The translations under genes and the position numbers were made by a program. Under the pieces are notes generated by a model. That model was not told the origin of the DNA and did no database searches. It worked only from the letters and a program-made list of their open reading frames with translations. Shown piece after piece: positions 32,261-45,054 of a stretch of DNA of 64,000 nucleotides. Source of the stretch: Ophelia neglecta. Taxonomy: Eukaryota. Where the stretch lies: the NCBI GenBank assembly GCA_965285935.1, contig OZ260661.1:109058001-109122000 (forward strand), read 5' to 3'. The number at the start of each line of letters is the position of its first letter. Position 1 is the stretch's first letter.

Positions 32261-35200
32261 GGTGTAAAGGAAAATTCGCATGCTACAAATGAATTCTGCG
32301 GTAATTCTGTCTCCAAGTAGTAATGTTGGCTATCCATCAACCACATAACAACGGTATTGAAAAATCCAAAGACCTGATACACTACTAGCGGTACACTACT
32401 AGCAGTATTCTACTAACACACAACTTACGGGATCTCAAAAAAGAGCGGGCGGTAAGATTCAGGAGTGTATTGTGCTATCATCAGTGAAAGACTAAACGAA
32501 ATGTTTAAAAATAATGAAATAATAGATCCCATACAGACTACACGAAATAATTCAAAATCAATGAAACAATAATTTAAATAAATCAATATTAGACTTGATA
32601 CACTATACGTGTATCTTCTCCTGCATTCATTAGATAAGTAATTTCTATTTTTTTCTCGTTCATTTCTTACATTTATTATTTTTCTGAATATATAACTTCT
32701 AATTTGGTTACATTCAGTAAGAAATTAACTGAATGTTACTGGAGTTTACTTTTTTTACCCAAAAAGAGGAGCTCCCTCCGGCACCAGTCTTCCATCATAT
32801 TTACTAAATATCATCATGTCAGCTATCAGCAATCTGTTACATCATTCAAGTATAACATCAAGGCTATGTTACTTGCAGAAGATGATTAATTATGTAATGT
32901 TTATTGTTGGTATGGTCACCTGTAGTGTGCTAATTATTGTTAGTGTTGTCACCTGTAGTGTGCTAAGTCAGTGACCGAACTTGTTGTCTGCTGTCAGTCT
33001 TTAATTTTTCTCCATTGTTTTGTTAAATCTTTAATCTCATTATTGTTCTAATAATATGGGTAAATAAGCCTATGGCTTCACCCAGTTGTCATCCTTAAAA
33101 TGTTTATGTTGCCTGTTATAATCTGTTATATATATTATTCGATGACAATAAACTATTATTGAATTGAGTGTGAAACTACGAATAAGGATAACCTGATAAC
33201 TAGAGCTGAGAGGGTCAACATCTCCCTTAAAGCTGATCCTTAGAACTGACATGCATCCCGCAGGTACTGAAGTGCAGGTCCTGTGAAATAGTGTCTTCTT
33301 AGAAAGAATCCCCCTCCGCCCCAGAAGAAAACCATGGAAACAAACTTCTATTGAAAGGCGTGAATAGCATATAGTCTAAGGGTTCGGGGCTAAAAGATGG
33401 ACCATTTGGTATATTTGGTAAGGGGTAAGCAGGTTTAAAAGTGTTTCTCTTTGTTTTTTGGTGTGTTTTTTTTGGGGGGGGGGGTGAATTCCGTTCGTCA
33501 TACGTTTCACCTATACACATACATTATTATATAATTGTATATTTAAATAAAAATGATAAATACTTAAACCTTATTTTTTTAGAGGAAGTCTGCATTCTTT
33601 TTAAAGCGAAATTCGGCATATTTTTCCTTAAAATCTTATGAAATGATTGTAACCTGGAAGTGGTCCACACCTTAACTGAGTATTGTGCGTTTTTAACCCG
33701 GAAAAACTTTTGCCAGCCAGAGTCAAAATGCGTGTTGAATATGAGCTAATATGAATTATTTACTCCGTCTATTTCAAAACGAAAAAGACACAAAGGGGTG
33801 TTTCGAGTTATTTTGCTCTCTTGAGTGAAGTTGGGCAGAAGACCAATTACATATACTTCCCAATGGTATATACTTATTCCTGATAAATATCTTAATGGCA
33901 AATTATTTCAACTTAATCATATTTGAGATACAACTTCATATCACAAGCCAATTTATAGTTATTAAGAACTAATGTGACCTACCCTATTTGCCTGTGTTTG
34001 CTCGCATTTTAAAATTCTGCTCTTCGGAAAGCATTGGTTGGCTCAGGGGAGAAAATTTAGAAAGTACGAGCAAACAAAAGGAAATTATTTTTTTCCAAAC
34101 CAAACTATCTTAATATAAATATCATGTAACGACTGAATGAAGTTCAAAATCAACACAAAAACCTTCATTTTCCCTGACAACATCAACATTTTCTTAAACA
34201 TTTACAGTCATCTCTCAAACGTTGTTTTCAATGACTTTTATTATTGAATGAAGAAGGTGAGCAACTTAGGTAAATCGATCAATTAGTTTTCCTTACAAAC
34301 ATTTCTGAATTAGTATTAAATTGGTCTGTATCATTTTTCTCATTAATTGAAGGATGATTTTATAACTGACGTATAATTCTTTATTCTATCCTTTTTCATC
34401 CGATAGACTATAACAAACCGTCAAAATGAGCAAATGACTATAGCTTGCGCAAATGTAGAAAAATTCGCTTCGCACATAAAACCGAAAATAAATTATGAAG
34501 ACATAAATAACATCATGTATATCTCTCCGTGATCGGAATCTGTGGACAGTTTTACATAGACTTAGTCACAGGAGCAAACTGTTCCTTATTGACAACTTTA
34601 TTCAATCATAAATAAGAATACACCTTCAACTGTTGATTATTTTAAAATTGAAATATAGCACTAAATCTATTAATGTAGACAAGAATAATCCTCCCCCCCC
34701 CCCCCGTACATTTATATATTTATGTAAAGCTTCACAAGTCAAAATGTCCAACGAAAAAAGTAGATCAGGCGTCAAATCAATTTTGGTTGATTTAAATAAT
34801 TTATTTGAAATGGCTATAACTGCATGCTGTTGATTTTTGGCTAATTTTGCTCAACATTAATAACTTGAAATTCAAAGGCTTAGGCACTGTTCTTGATGTT
34901 TCTTGTTATAAATACTAAAGTGACAATCTTCCCGATAAGCTCTTCAACATCAGCTAACTCAGAACTCATTTAACAGATAGGTTAAACTAAACAGTTTGAG
35001 CAAAGTTACCTGAAATACCCCTACGTACCGTCACGTGTCTTTTTTTTGCTGCATACGTGAATAGAAGTGTGGTATGTGTGCGTAATTTCCTCTGCAAACT
35101 GCTACTATTCACATGTGGGTGTTGATTTGTTGATTATTTAGTCTAGGGTAAAATAAATAATCTCTTATTTATGGTAAACAGTCCAGATCCCAAAATAAAT

Positions 35201-36530
35201 CAGGGATCACAGAATTTTGCATCGGTTGCAACACTTTACTAACGTTGATAGTTAAACTATTTATTTTCTATATTGTAGAGGTCTTTAATTAACTCGTTTT
35301 TCCCTTTCTTAATTGTTATTGTGGTGTTGTCTTTTCATAGACATCTGCTGTACAATTTATATTTATTAGCTATTTATTATTCTCCATCTGAAATGGTGAA
35401 ACCATTGTTAGCTATTTGCAATCGAGAGTTAAGTTCGGATAGGAGTTGATGTACATAGCATGTCCTAAACATACAGGCTTTATTATTTTAAGATTTCGGA
35501 GTGATTAACAAAGACAAATAATTAAGAGTTGACTCTTATAGATACATGTTGGAAAATTGTTGGTGGCCTGAATAAATGAACATGGGCAAGTGTTGGTCAA
35601 CATGCCAACTTTTTTGGGATTCTTATGTGTCAAGATTTATTTCAGACGGCTTTGGGAAACGACATTGGCCAACGTTAGTGGTTGCTGTTATGTCCCAAAA
35701 AAAGCTCATTTCGTGTGGTTGCTGTTATGTCCCAAAAAAAGCTCATTTCGTCCCCAAAGTTTTGGATTGTAGACCCTTACTGTGCAAACGTGTGTCAATA
35801 GCAAGCTTGATACTCAAAACAGCGCCAGGCCTTCCTCTGCAATAATAAAGTATCTTACGAGCCCCCCACCCCTCCCCCCCCCCCCCCCGCCACCACCACC
35901 ATCAACACCCCCTTAACTGTTGCTAGTCTCGAACATGCGTTGGTATGGCGACGAGTAGACTAGGATTTCTATCAAAAGCTTATGCAGGAAGAGACTGAAG
36001 ACAGCATGGTACTCCAGTCGGATATATTCATATCCCGGCGTTGCCAAGACGACCCGAACCAGAACAGATTGTTACTCTGCAATGTCTAAATTTAGCTTAG
36101 CATAAGTCTAACGTTAGAATTCGACGAGCACCATGAATATCTTGCACATCCGAGAAGCTCTAGCCTGTTTAACCACGTGCTTACAGTTAGAGACAGTGTG
36201 TGTGCGTTGTGCGTGTGTAGAGCAAATCTAGTCATCGAACAGTCGAGTAGGAAATGCATGAAAGTTCCGTGGGGAAAGTTCATACTTAAAATTGTGAGTG
36301 TATAAGCAGTACGGATTGTTACCTAACAGCTAAGGACAGGTCACAGCTCACAGCCAATCACTTTGATGTATAGGAATTAACGTTATAATTATTAGCCTAG
36401 AAGCAGAGCCCTAAAGTTCTGAAACCGTCTGCGACTTTGTTTAAGTAGGCTAAGAGGACATCGTGTACCTGTCTGGTAGTGAAAAACAACTCGGTCTCGG
36501 GCTAGATAGAGGAGTTAGATCCGGCTTGAA

Positions 36531-39500
36531 ATGGTGAGTCTGTATACGCCTGCTAGACAAAAGGAAATTCCACGATTTGTATTTAAGCTAGTGATCTGGC
36601 TTAACATGAGAGGCAATGTTTTTAAATAGTTTTCTTGAAGAACTAAAATATAAATCATTCATAAGTAAAGTTAATCGGAAATTTAGTAGATCAACTCGGT
36701 AGCGGTAAAAATTAGCATATAGCGCATGCATAACTACTATGTAACTCAATAGTAGACCTAAATAACGGTTACACAGTGCAATTAGAATTCCCAAGAGTGC
36801 CATATTTCTCAAAATATTGCCATTCAAAATAACTGGTAAAGATTCATTAAATTACAATAGGCTTTGAAACTCTGATCATGAGGAAAAATTGCTTAAATGT
36901 ACATTGGTCGGTAGTTTATCTAAGCAAGGAAAATCATAATTCCCATTGTTTTGACGGATAGGCCCTATGTTGGTAATGTTACACGTAGGTATACTCATGT
37001 GTATGTTTTTGCTCTTTCAGGCTGATGAGAAGTGCCCACCTCCTATTAACGCTGAAGGTAAGCACGCTTTATTGGATTTTGTTTTCATTTACTGTTATGC
37101 CACATTTTTACCATAAGGCATTCATCAATTTCAAAAAGTACCGGTATGCCATCTGTTAACACTTATGTTTACAGAGCTACATTCTTCAACAATGACGGAG
37201 TTAAATAAGCTTAAGCTTTTTTTTCCAGGCCTAGCAGTGCCAGGCTCCGTTTCAGAAGAGTCAAGAAAAACCTCGGCTAATATTGAAACAGGGCCAAACC
37301 CATCAGATCAACAAACCGTCGAACCCTCAACTGGTGATCAGCCTCCTGTAGTTAAGGGGGCCTGCCCATCTGTAAATTCACAAGAACACACATTTCCCGA
37401 TGAAAATAAGACGGACTTGGGTGGCCCCGACCAAGTACCCCATTCCAACTCGGGGGACACGGTTTCGGAGCTGACTTCACAATCTCCTGTTATATCTGAG
37501 CAGCATCGCAGTAACGTCGGTGACACATGCCCAACATCAAAACCGGAAGGAAATGCATCTGGTTCCGGTTTACTTTTTGCGACTGCCGCGGAATCTCTAG
37601 TCCACGAAGAAGAATTGAACTCTGAGAGTAAAGCGGAATCAAAGGAATTGTTAGCCACCACTCAAAGTGTCACCGAGGAGGATCTGACGGAGGCCAGTTC
37701 TTTTGAGTCAGGGTGGGTACCTATGTCACAGAAGTGTGAAACAAAGCCAGAGCTTTCGGATCGCGCTTCGCTACAGAATGTTACTTCACAACAACAGTGT
37801 CAACATTACTCGGGGTTTAGAAAAGTTTAAGATTATATAAGTAATTAAATACATATTATTTAAGTGAAACCAAATTACTTGACTTTGTGGGAATGACTAC
37901 AAGTGTGAAGTACTTAAATATCCATCAATATTAATAACTGGGCTTTTATAGCGCTTTTACTTTCTTTATATTCAAAGTAATTTGCTATTCGCAAATGCTC
38001 AGTCAATGAAAATTGAATAATTCAAACAATGAAAATACAATGAAAATTATTATTAGCTATGTCTCTTCGGATCGGTCATTACAAGAAATTCTTGTTGATT
38101 GTTAAATATTTTTTTAATTAATTTTACACGGATAGCATGTGTTTTTTTCCACGAAAAACCCAGCTTAAGTTTCGTGTCCAATAGTACGCCGACTGACCCT
38201 TGGACCACCGCCAAATTGGTAGGCGTTGGTAGGCGGTGGAAATCAATGTCGGGCGATGGTGAAAAGTGAAAACGCTTGTAGACGGTGGTAAAAATGGTAG
38301 GCGTTGGTTGGAGGTGGTAAAATGGTAGGCAATAGCAGTTGATGGAAAAAATAGTAGGTTGTGGTAGCCAATGGTGAAATCTGGTAGTCGATTTTGAAAA
38401 ATGATAGGCGGTGGTTGGCGATGATAAATAATGGTAGGTGGTGGTAACCGTTGGGTGGCAATGTTAGGATCGGTGGTGGCAGGCAGTAGTTAAAAATGGT
38501 AACTTTGTTAGGCGCAGCAAGCGAAGGTAAAAAATGGTAGGCGATGGTGAAGCATGGTTATGATTATTGCGGGGGTCAAAGTGTCAATTGGCCTAATAAT
38601 TTTACCGATGTGAGATGTCGTCTGGCAGGTCGCCTACACTTACAAGGGTGGATGTTTTAACCCTTTGCAATAAATTTATTAATGCATCTAGATAGTATTC
38701 ACCGGACAATGACTGATAACTACTCCGAGTAGCAGTCTTTCATTGTCCATTCACTTAAACTATACTGCACATTCTAGACATCGATCGAAAGAATTCAACA
38801 ATGAATAATGATAAATGCGTGTCATCTTGTTGACTATTTCAGAGAATTTTAAGGATTCTTATTAACAATGACGGGGAACAAATAATAGGCCTATTGCAAT
38901 CAAGACATACAAAAAAGAACTGGCCCAATATAAGAAATGATTTTCTCTTTTTGCTCGTTGAAAAGTTTAAGACAACATATGCTATATGGAACAGATGTAG
39001 CGTCTGCGTTTTTCTACTAAGGTAAAGCATTAAAATTATATTCTTATTTTATTCGAAAAAAACATCATTAAATGGTTCGTTCAAAAAAAGTGTTCATTAT
39101 TAGGCCAATTATGGTTATGCCAACATGATTATCCGCAGAGATAAAATAATCCATTGTTTAAATAAAAGACGAGACAGATTTCTCTAGGCACAGCATTCCA
39201 GTCTCAATGTCCCTATCTAGTGGGGTCCCTGCTACTGTCCTCATCTCTTGCTGGGACGCTCATAATTATGGTGAGCGAAAGCAGTATAAGCATTGAGATT
39301 ACAATGATCAGTCAACCTTTTTATATAAATAAAAATAATCAAATGCTTGTATGGGTGTCCCCATCACCATAAATGTATAACAGTGGATTAGTAAGAAAAA
39401 TGAAAGAATAATAAAACGATAAAACAGTTTTGTTTGAAGATGGGTATAGATTTCTTTGGTTCTATTTTCCCATGTGGGTAGCCATTGTTTGCCATGTGTG

Positions 39501-40592
39501 GTAGCCCTATTTAAATGGCCCTTATAGTCCCAATATAAAACCTCAGACGCGCACCCGTGCCCTCTATCTCATGGAGTATCCCTATAAAAAAAAACTCCCA
39601 GTCGTCTGGATAGCATATGACACTGGTACCACTATGGCTTTCATCCGTCCGACTACGTTTAATCATTGAATTTATCAGATTTTATATTGAAAAATACTTG
39701 CATGGGTCCCAGCCCTGCATGAATCCAGACTAACACAGTGCTCCAAATGTCTCGCGGAATAATTATAGCACCGATAACACTGATTATTTGATAAAGAAAA
39801 TCACTAGATATATATGAAACAAAAAAAGAACTTAGTCGATATCATACCGGAGTCTGCCGAAATACAGATATTTAAATTTAGTAACTTCTGAATTACCGGT
39901 TTAACAGGATTCCTAATTTCACAAACAATTCGTTGGTATCATTTAATTGGACAAATTATTTATTTTACAGTGAAGCTCCTTATCTGGAGACAGGGAATGT
40001 ATCAGAGGCATCGAGTTTTCCTGAACCTGTAACTTCCGGGGCAGAAATAAAGGATACTGTCTCAGCAGACGTTACGAACAAATCAGCTAAGGAAGAACAA
40101 AAGGCAGGAGAGGATGATGGGACGGCAGTAAAAAGGAAAAGGAGACCTCTTCCGGATGTCAATAATAAAGAGGAGCTAAACGCATGGCTAGCTTCAATAA
40201 GTTCGGACTTGGCAAAAATCACACCATGTAATAAGGACGAAGAAACTAAAAGTGACACTGGGCACCAATCTCAATCATCAGACATTCCCAAGCCAGACGA
40301 CGCCAAAACCACCAACAGCCAGAATGACAACAAAGGTAGTGACGACATTGGGGAGCCTACGAAGAAAGAAGAACCTACAAAAACATGCCAGGACATCGGG
40401 AATCCAATGGAGGAGATCGCCAAAACATTGCACGGTATTCAGTCCCAGATTGTCATAGTGTCAAGCCAGTTCATTAACCTGCAATACAAACTTAAAGATA
40501 TACAAAAAAATGTGGAGGATTTGGCAAAAACTGTGGAGAATCACATGGAAAAGCAAAAACAAGACATCTCAAATTACAATGAATTGGACTGA
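36531..40592 (+). CDS. Uncharacterised acidic, intrinsically disordered protein with C-terminal coiled coil, about 381 aa
   Basis: ATG|gtgagt at 36531-36533; exon 37021-37057 (tttcag|...G|gtaagc); exon 37229-37712 (ttttccag|...GG|gtgggt); exon 39971-40592 (ttttacag|T...TGA). All phases agree. Rich in S/E/T/P/D/K, with a heptad pattern in IAKTLHGIQSQIVIVSSQFINLQYKLKDIQKNVEDLAKTVE. Confidence 0.7.
38215..38560. repeat. Degenerate tandem repeat (TGGTAGGCGATGGTGAAAA-like)
   Basis: Numerous imperfect copies of AAATGGTAGGCG(A/G)TGGT within an intron of the orphan gene. Confidence 0.7.
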
Positions 40593-43248
40593 ACATGTTA
40601 ACATAAATTCTATGTATTCAATCGTACAGCAAAACCCATGATTAATCGAATACCACCAATTAATTCGGGGTTGCCTATTAAATGCCTAAAAGTTTTGCTA
40701 TAGTTGTGACTAAGTCTCGTATATTTCAGATGGGATAGTCACTGGAATTAATTTGTTTTATTTTATAAATTGTGAGTGAATGTGGGGTTTATATTCAACA
40801 TTAGCAAAAAAACAAAAACAAAACAAAAAAAAAACAATTATAGTGTTTCTCATATGTTGACATAATGCTGCTGGCAAGACGGTCTCAGATTTGAATCATA
40901 CTAATTTCTGTTCACTTCTTCGCATAGCTTGTTACAATTTGATACAACTGCACCCTGACTAAGAACGTTTTCATCTTTTTGATTGTTGTTTATTATTTAA
41001 TATTTATTAAGTCACAGTAACTTGGCAAACTATTCAAGGCGCTGTACTATAAAATGAACGATCTACCTAAAACTGGAAGCAGTTAAACATTCTTACAAAA
41101 AATCTATGCAACTATAACAGCAAAAAATATATGTATCACAGTTTTGTGTTGTTGTGTTGTTCGGGACAAATGTAATAAAAGGCATTCTAGATGAAATCGC
41201 CAAAAAATTTCATAAAAGGTAAGTTATTAATTCTTGTTTAAAACAAAATCTATGTTGTACGAACGAAAGGTTTTTGTTGTCGAATAAACATAATGATTAC
41301 CTAATTACTATAACGATCAGATGATGGGACACAAAATAACCATAAAATATAAGTATATTCCAATCGAGAAGTATTTTCAGGTCAAATAACGTTATTATAA
41401 GTGACAGTTGAGGCCTTTTTTTCTATAGAAGAATTAAATATTTCTAAATTGAAAACTGGGGCAAATAACGTTACGCCTAGGTCAAAATGCGTCATTTACA
41501 ATTGTCAGTTTGATTAAGAAGCACTTTTACTGTTAATCAAACGGCAGTATAGGCCTACGAATATAGTGTTAAGGAAGAACACAGTAACTTTACAGTCTAC
41601 TGCTCATAAGATTGTCATGATATCAAGGAAATCGCAGTATATACGCAAGAGGTTAAAGAGGAGGCATATAACGCATCGTGTCAAGGAAGAGGGAAATAAG
41701 TTTAACGCTTGGAATGTACTGTGTTTTCCTTTACCACCTCCTACCCCCTCCCCCCAAAAAAGAAAAAGTTAGCAGTATGGTGAAAATGCGATAGAGGTCA
41801 AAATGGTCAACGGACCAGGACTCATATTATGTCAAAAGATGCCTACTGGGCCTATTTATTTCAAAATTAATCAATTTTTGTCGTTCACTCTGTCGTTTGT
41901 ACTTGACAGGGGGCAGTTTAAAATGAAAATTAGAACTTGTAGCCGATTTTTTCGGGAATGAATAAAAAGCCGGTTGGAAGTTAAATAATGACTTTCTAAC
42001 TTTCTTTTACAAAATGATTTTGCTGGTCTGCTTAAATGACGATATTGTATCACCCATATTTTTATTGTTAATAATGGTTCTTGAAGACCTGCTCAACATA
42101 TATAAAACAAATAAAGGATCCCCTAGCTATTTTCAACATTAAAAGTTGAAGCACTGGGGCTTCAAATTGGCTATTTATGCCGAAAAGTGTCAATTTCTAA
42201 TCAATCAGTGCCCAAAAGTTTGTTCCTAACTTTGACATTATCACGGGATTCCTATTTTTGCGAGTTTTTTTTCTATCTGTTTAGCAAGTCTTAAATTACC
42301 TCAAATAGAATACTATACACAAGTGATATCTATTTAATACCAAATAAACACTTTTGTCAATAAAGTGATCGAACTGTCCGAAATTGAAGTTTCAACCCCG
42401 ATTCGAACCAAAATATGCAAATCTATATTTTTCTAGAATTTATCGCTACGAAGATGCACGATTTAAAACTCCATTTACCATGATAATATGTATAAAGTGT
42501 ATAGACTAATTAATATCACGTTTTGACCTCTTCCAAAATCAAAATAAAACAAAGACGTTTGATGACTTTTAAAGTGACCGAAAGCCTAAGTCAATCTCCA
42601 AAAATTCCTGCTAATATTTCGACCGTATAACCGGCACTACTTTTTCATGGAAAATAATGAATTTCAATTGTTTTTTAATTTGGCTTTTTATATCTATATT
42701 GACGTGCAAATCAGAAATCATTACAATGTTTTTGTCCAAAGTATAGTCAAATGATACAACCCCCACATTCCTGCACCCTAAAAGCCATTTTGTTCCTTCC
42801 CGCCCCAACAACACTAAAGAGACTTTTCCAAGAACGTATTTAAAAAAAAACATACAATTGTACCATGTTTTCATATTATTAAATTATATGTTATAAGAAA
42901 AGTGGGCTATAATTATATTATATTATACAAAATAACATGTTAAAAGATCGGATCAGACTACAGTAAATTCATAACCTGACTATATATATATATTAGGTAA
43001 GCCTATCATGTAATTATTTTATGAACCCCTGCATTGATAAAAGAGCTTTATCTGTTACCAGTATTCTGTACTGTATTTAAAGTATTATGACGTTTGTAGC
43101 ATGTCCCTATGTACCATAAATGAGGGCACAGGTTTCTTACACACAACTGACTACAGACATGTGATGAATATGCCGGTGACAATGCTAAATTTTAAAACTT
43201 CAAGATGCTAGATTTGGATAAAGGAAAAAATTAAAATCATTTTTCTTA

Positions 43249-45054
43249 TCACAAAAGTCCTGCCTTTTTTAGCACAAACTGTCCTATTTCTGCAAACATT
43301 CCGGTGGACCTTTTTAAAGTTTCTTCATCTTTATACTCTGGAGGGTTAGGATGTGTCCAGTGGAAAGCATTCACATCCTCTCTCCAGTTTTTTATAGAGT
43401 TCATAGCTACGTGATCTTTTGTCATATTATGATAATCTTCTACCCACAAGGGGTGGCACTTTTGCTCATAGCAAATAACCTGTAGACGTCGATCTATTCT
43501 AAGGAGGTGAGGGTATTTTTCAAGGAGCTTATACGGCATCATGACTCCGGTAAATCCATGCACATCATTATGTAAGGTCCTCATAGAGTCCCTGAATATC
43601 TGCCAGAAAGGAGCGTTTCTTTTACCATAAGACAGGCCAAAATTGACCGAGTCGGGGAAAGGCCAACTCCAGTCGACCCAGTCATAACTGGCCACTGCGT
43701 CATATCCGCGATCTTCTTGTGTCAGAGGCTTCACCCAGATGGCGTCTGTGTCAGTGTAAACGCCGCCATATTTAATCATTAGATCCACTCTAATGACGTC
43801 AGACATCAGTGCCCTATACCAAGGTTCTATCACCCCTTGGTATAAGCTATACGGCGGGCTACGGTAGATATATTTCACTCTATCGCTCAATTTTGGGTTG
43901 TTCTTTACCTTCTGCCACAGATCTCCAGCTGGTTCCTTGTCACCATGAATATAGACAACATCCACCTCCACAACGTACAACATACTCAGCAAGCTGAGGT
44001 AGAAAACAAAGTCCATTGGCCCACCACCAATCCAAACCATGTGGCCAATGTTGGGCACCAGCTCATCGTAAGACGGGATGGGGTGCCTGATTTCTTCGGT
44101 GCCGTAGAAAATCCGTCTGCTGAGTTTACCAAAAGGGTCATTAAGCTCCCATATGTCCATGGGTGTAAAGTAATTAAAGTTTCCACCTTTCACAATCATA
44201 CATTTCGGTGTAAGGTTTCCTTCATAAACGTGATGAACCTGGCTGCAACTTGCTCTGCTTGTGCGAAATTTGTCGTTTCCCATCACCATGTTGTATGTAA
44301 CATTTACATTTAGCACCCCGCCTCTCAAAATAAAATATCCTTCGCTGTTACCTGTCTCGAGAGCCATTGTCAAATCTACTCTCCTTTCCACTGCTTGGAG
44401 TTCCACCATCCACGTGTTCTCTCCAACAAACATTCCTCCCTCGCCAGCCTCGGACAATGTTTCTATTATAATACTCAGTCTGTCCTCATCACTACCAGAA
44501 CAAAATTTCTTTTGGCGGTCAGACATCTGTTTCATTATAAAAAATGGATTATCATGCTTCAGGTCCTCCAACCATAGGTTGTAGAACATTTTATCAATTG
44601 TTGGTTTTCGCTCATAATGTAAAACAACCTTATCAGGTTTTACTGTTCGATAAACACTTTGAATGGTAAGATAATGCTTAAACTCGAACCATCTTTCTCC
44701 ACACCACATCATGTGAACGTTTGGTGGCACGAGGTCAGGTTGAAGCATTTCAGCGTAAGGGTTCACCCTTTGTGCTCTTTGCCCATCCAAATCCATTGGG
44801 AACTTAATATCTACCTGAGTTATGTCTGCCACATCGTTTGAAAAAAGCGGGCTGTGTTTTTCGAAAGCCTCACTGGGCTTTTCAGCAGCGAAATTCGTTT
44901 TAATACTCTGCAGCAAAGATGTTTCCTTGTTTCCCATCCAAGGGGATGTACTCTTGTTAACCGTGCTTATGAGGGCGGTAAAGACGAGGAGTATGCCAAC
45001 ACCGACAAATGCTCGCATAATTCCCCTTCGGGGTATCAGGCTAGTCACATTCAT
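43249..45054 (-). CDS. Type II membrane glycosyltransferase family 32 (alpha-1,4-glycosyltransferase-like) protein with two tandem GT32 domains, 601 aa
   Basis: Uninterrupted ORF with an N-terminal TM anchor (AFVGVGILLVFTALISTV). Domain 2 has VPNIGHMVW...FYLSLLS...SDVIRVDLMIKYGGVYTDTDAIWVKPL (DXD motif). Domain 1 is a parallel, degenerate copy. Acceptor at 45120 and an upstream donor near 46931 imply a non-coding 5' exon. Confidence 0.88.
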   Translation of the reverse strand: MNVTSLIPRRGIMRAFVGVGILLVFTALISTVNKSTSPWMGNKETSLLQSIKTNFAAEKPSEAFEKHSPLFSNDVADITQVDIKFPMDLDGQRAQRVNPYAEMLQPDLVPPNVHMMWCGERWFEFKHYLTIQSVYRTVKPDKVVLHYERKPTIDKMFYNLWLEDLKHDNPFFIMKQMSDRQKKFCSGSDEDRLSIIIETLSEAGEGGMFVGENTWMVELQAVERRVDLTMALETGNSEGYFILRGGVLNVNVTYNMVMGNDKFRTSRASCSQVHHVYEGNLTPKCMIVKGGNFNYFTPMDIWELNDPFGKLSRRIFYGTEEIRHPIPSYDELVPNIGHMVWIGGGPMDFVFYLSLLSMLYVVEVDVVYIHGDKEPAGDLWQKVKNNPKLSDRVKYIYRSPPYSLYQGVIEPWYRALMSDVIRVDLMIKYGGVYTDTDAIWVKPLTQEDRGYDAVASYDWVDWSWPFPDSVNFGLSYGKRNAPFWQIFRDSMRTLHNDVHGFTGVMMPYKLLEKYPHLLRIDRRLQVICYEQKCHPLWVEDYHNMTKDHVAMNSIKNWREDVNAFHWTHPNPPEYKDEETLKRSTGMFAEIGQFVLKKAGLL

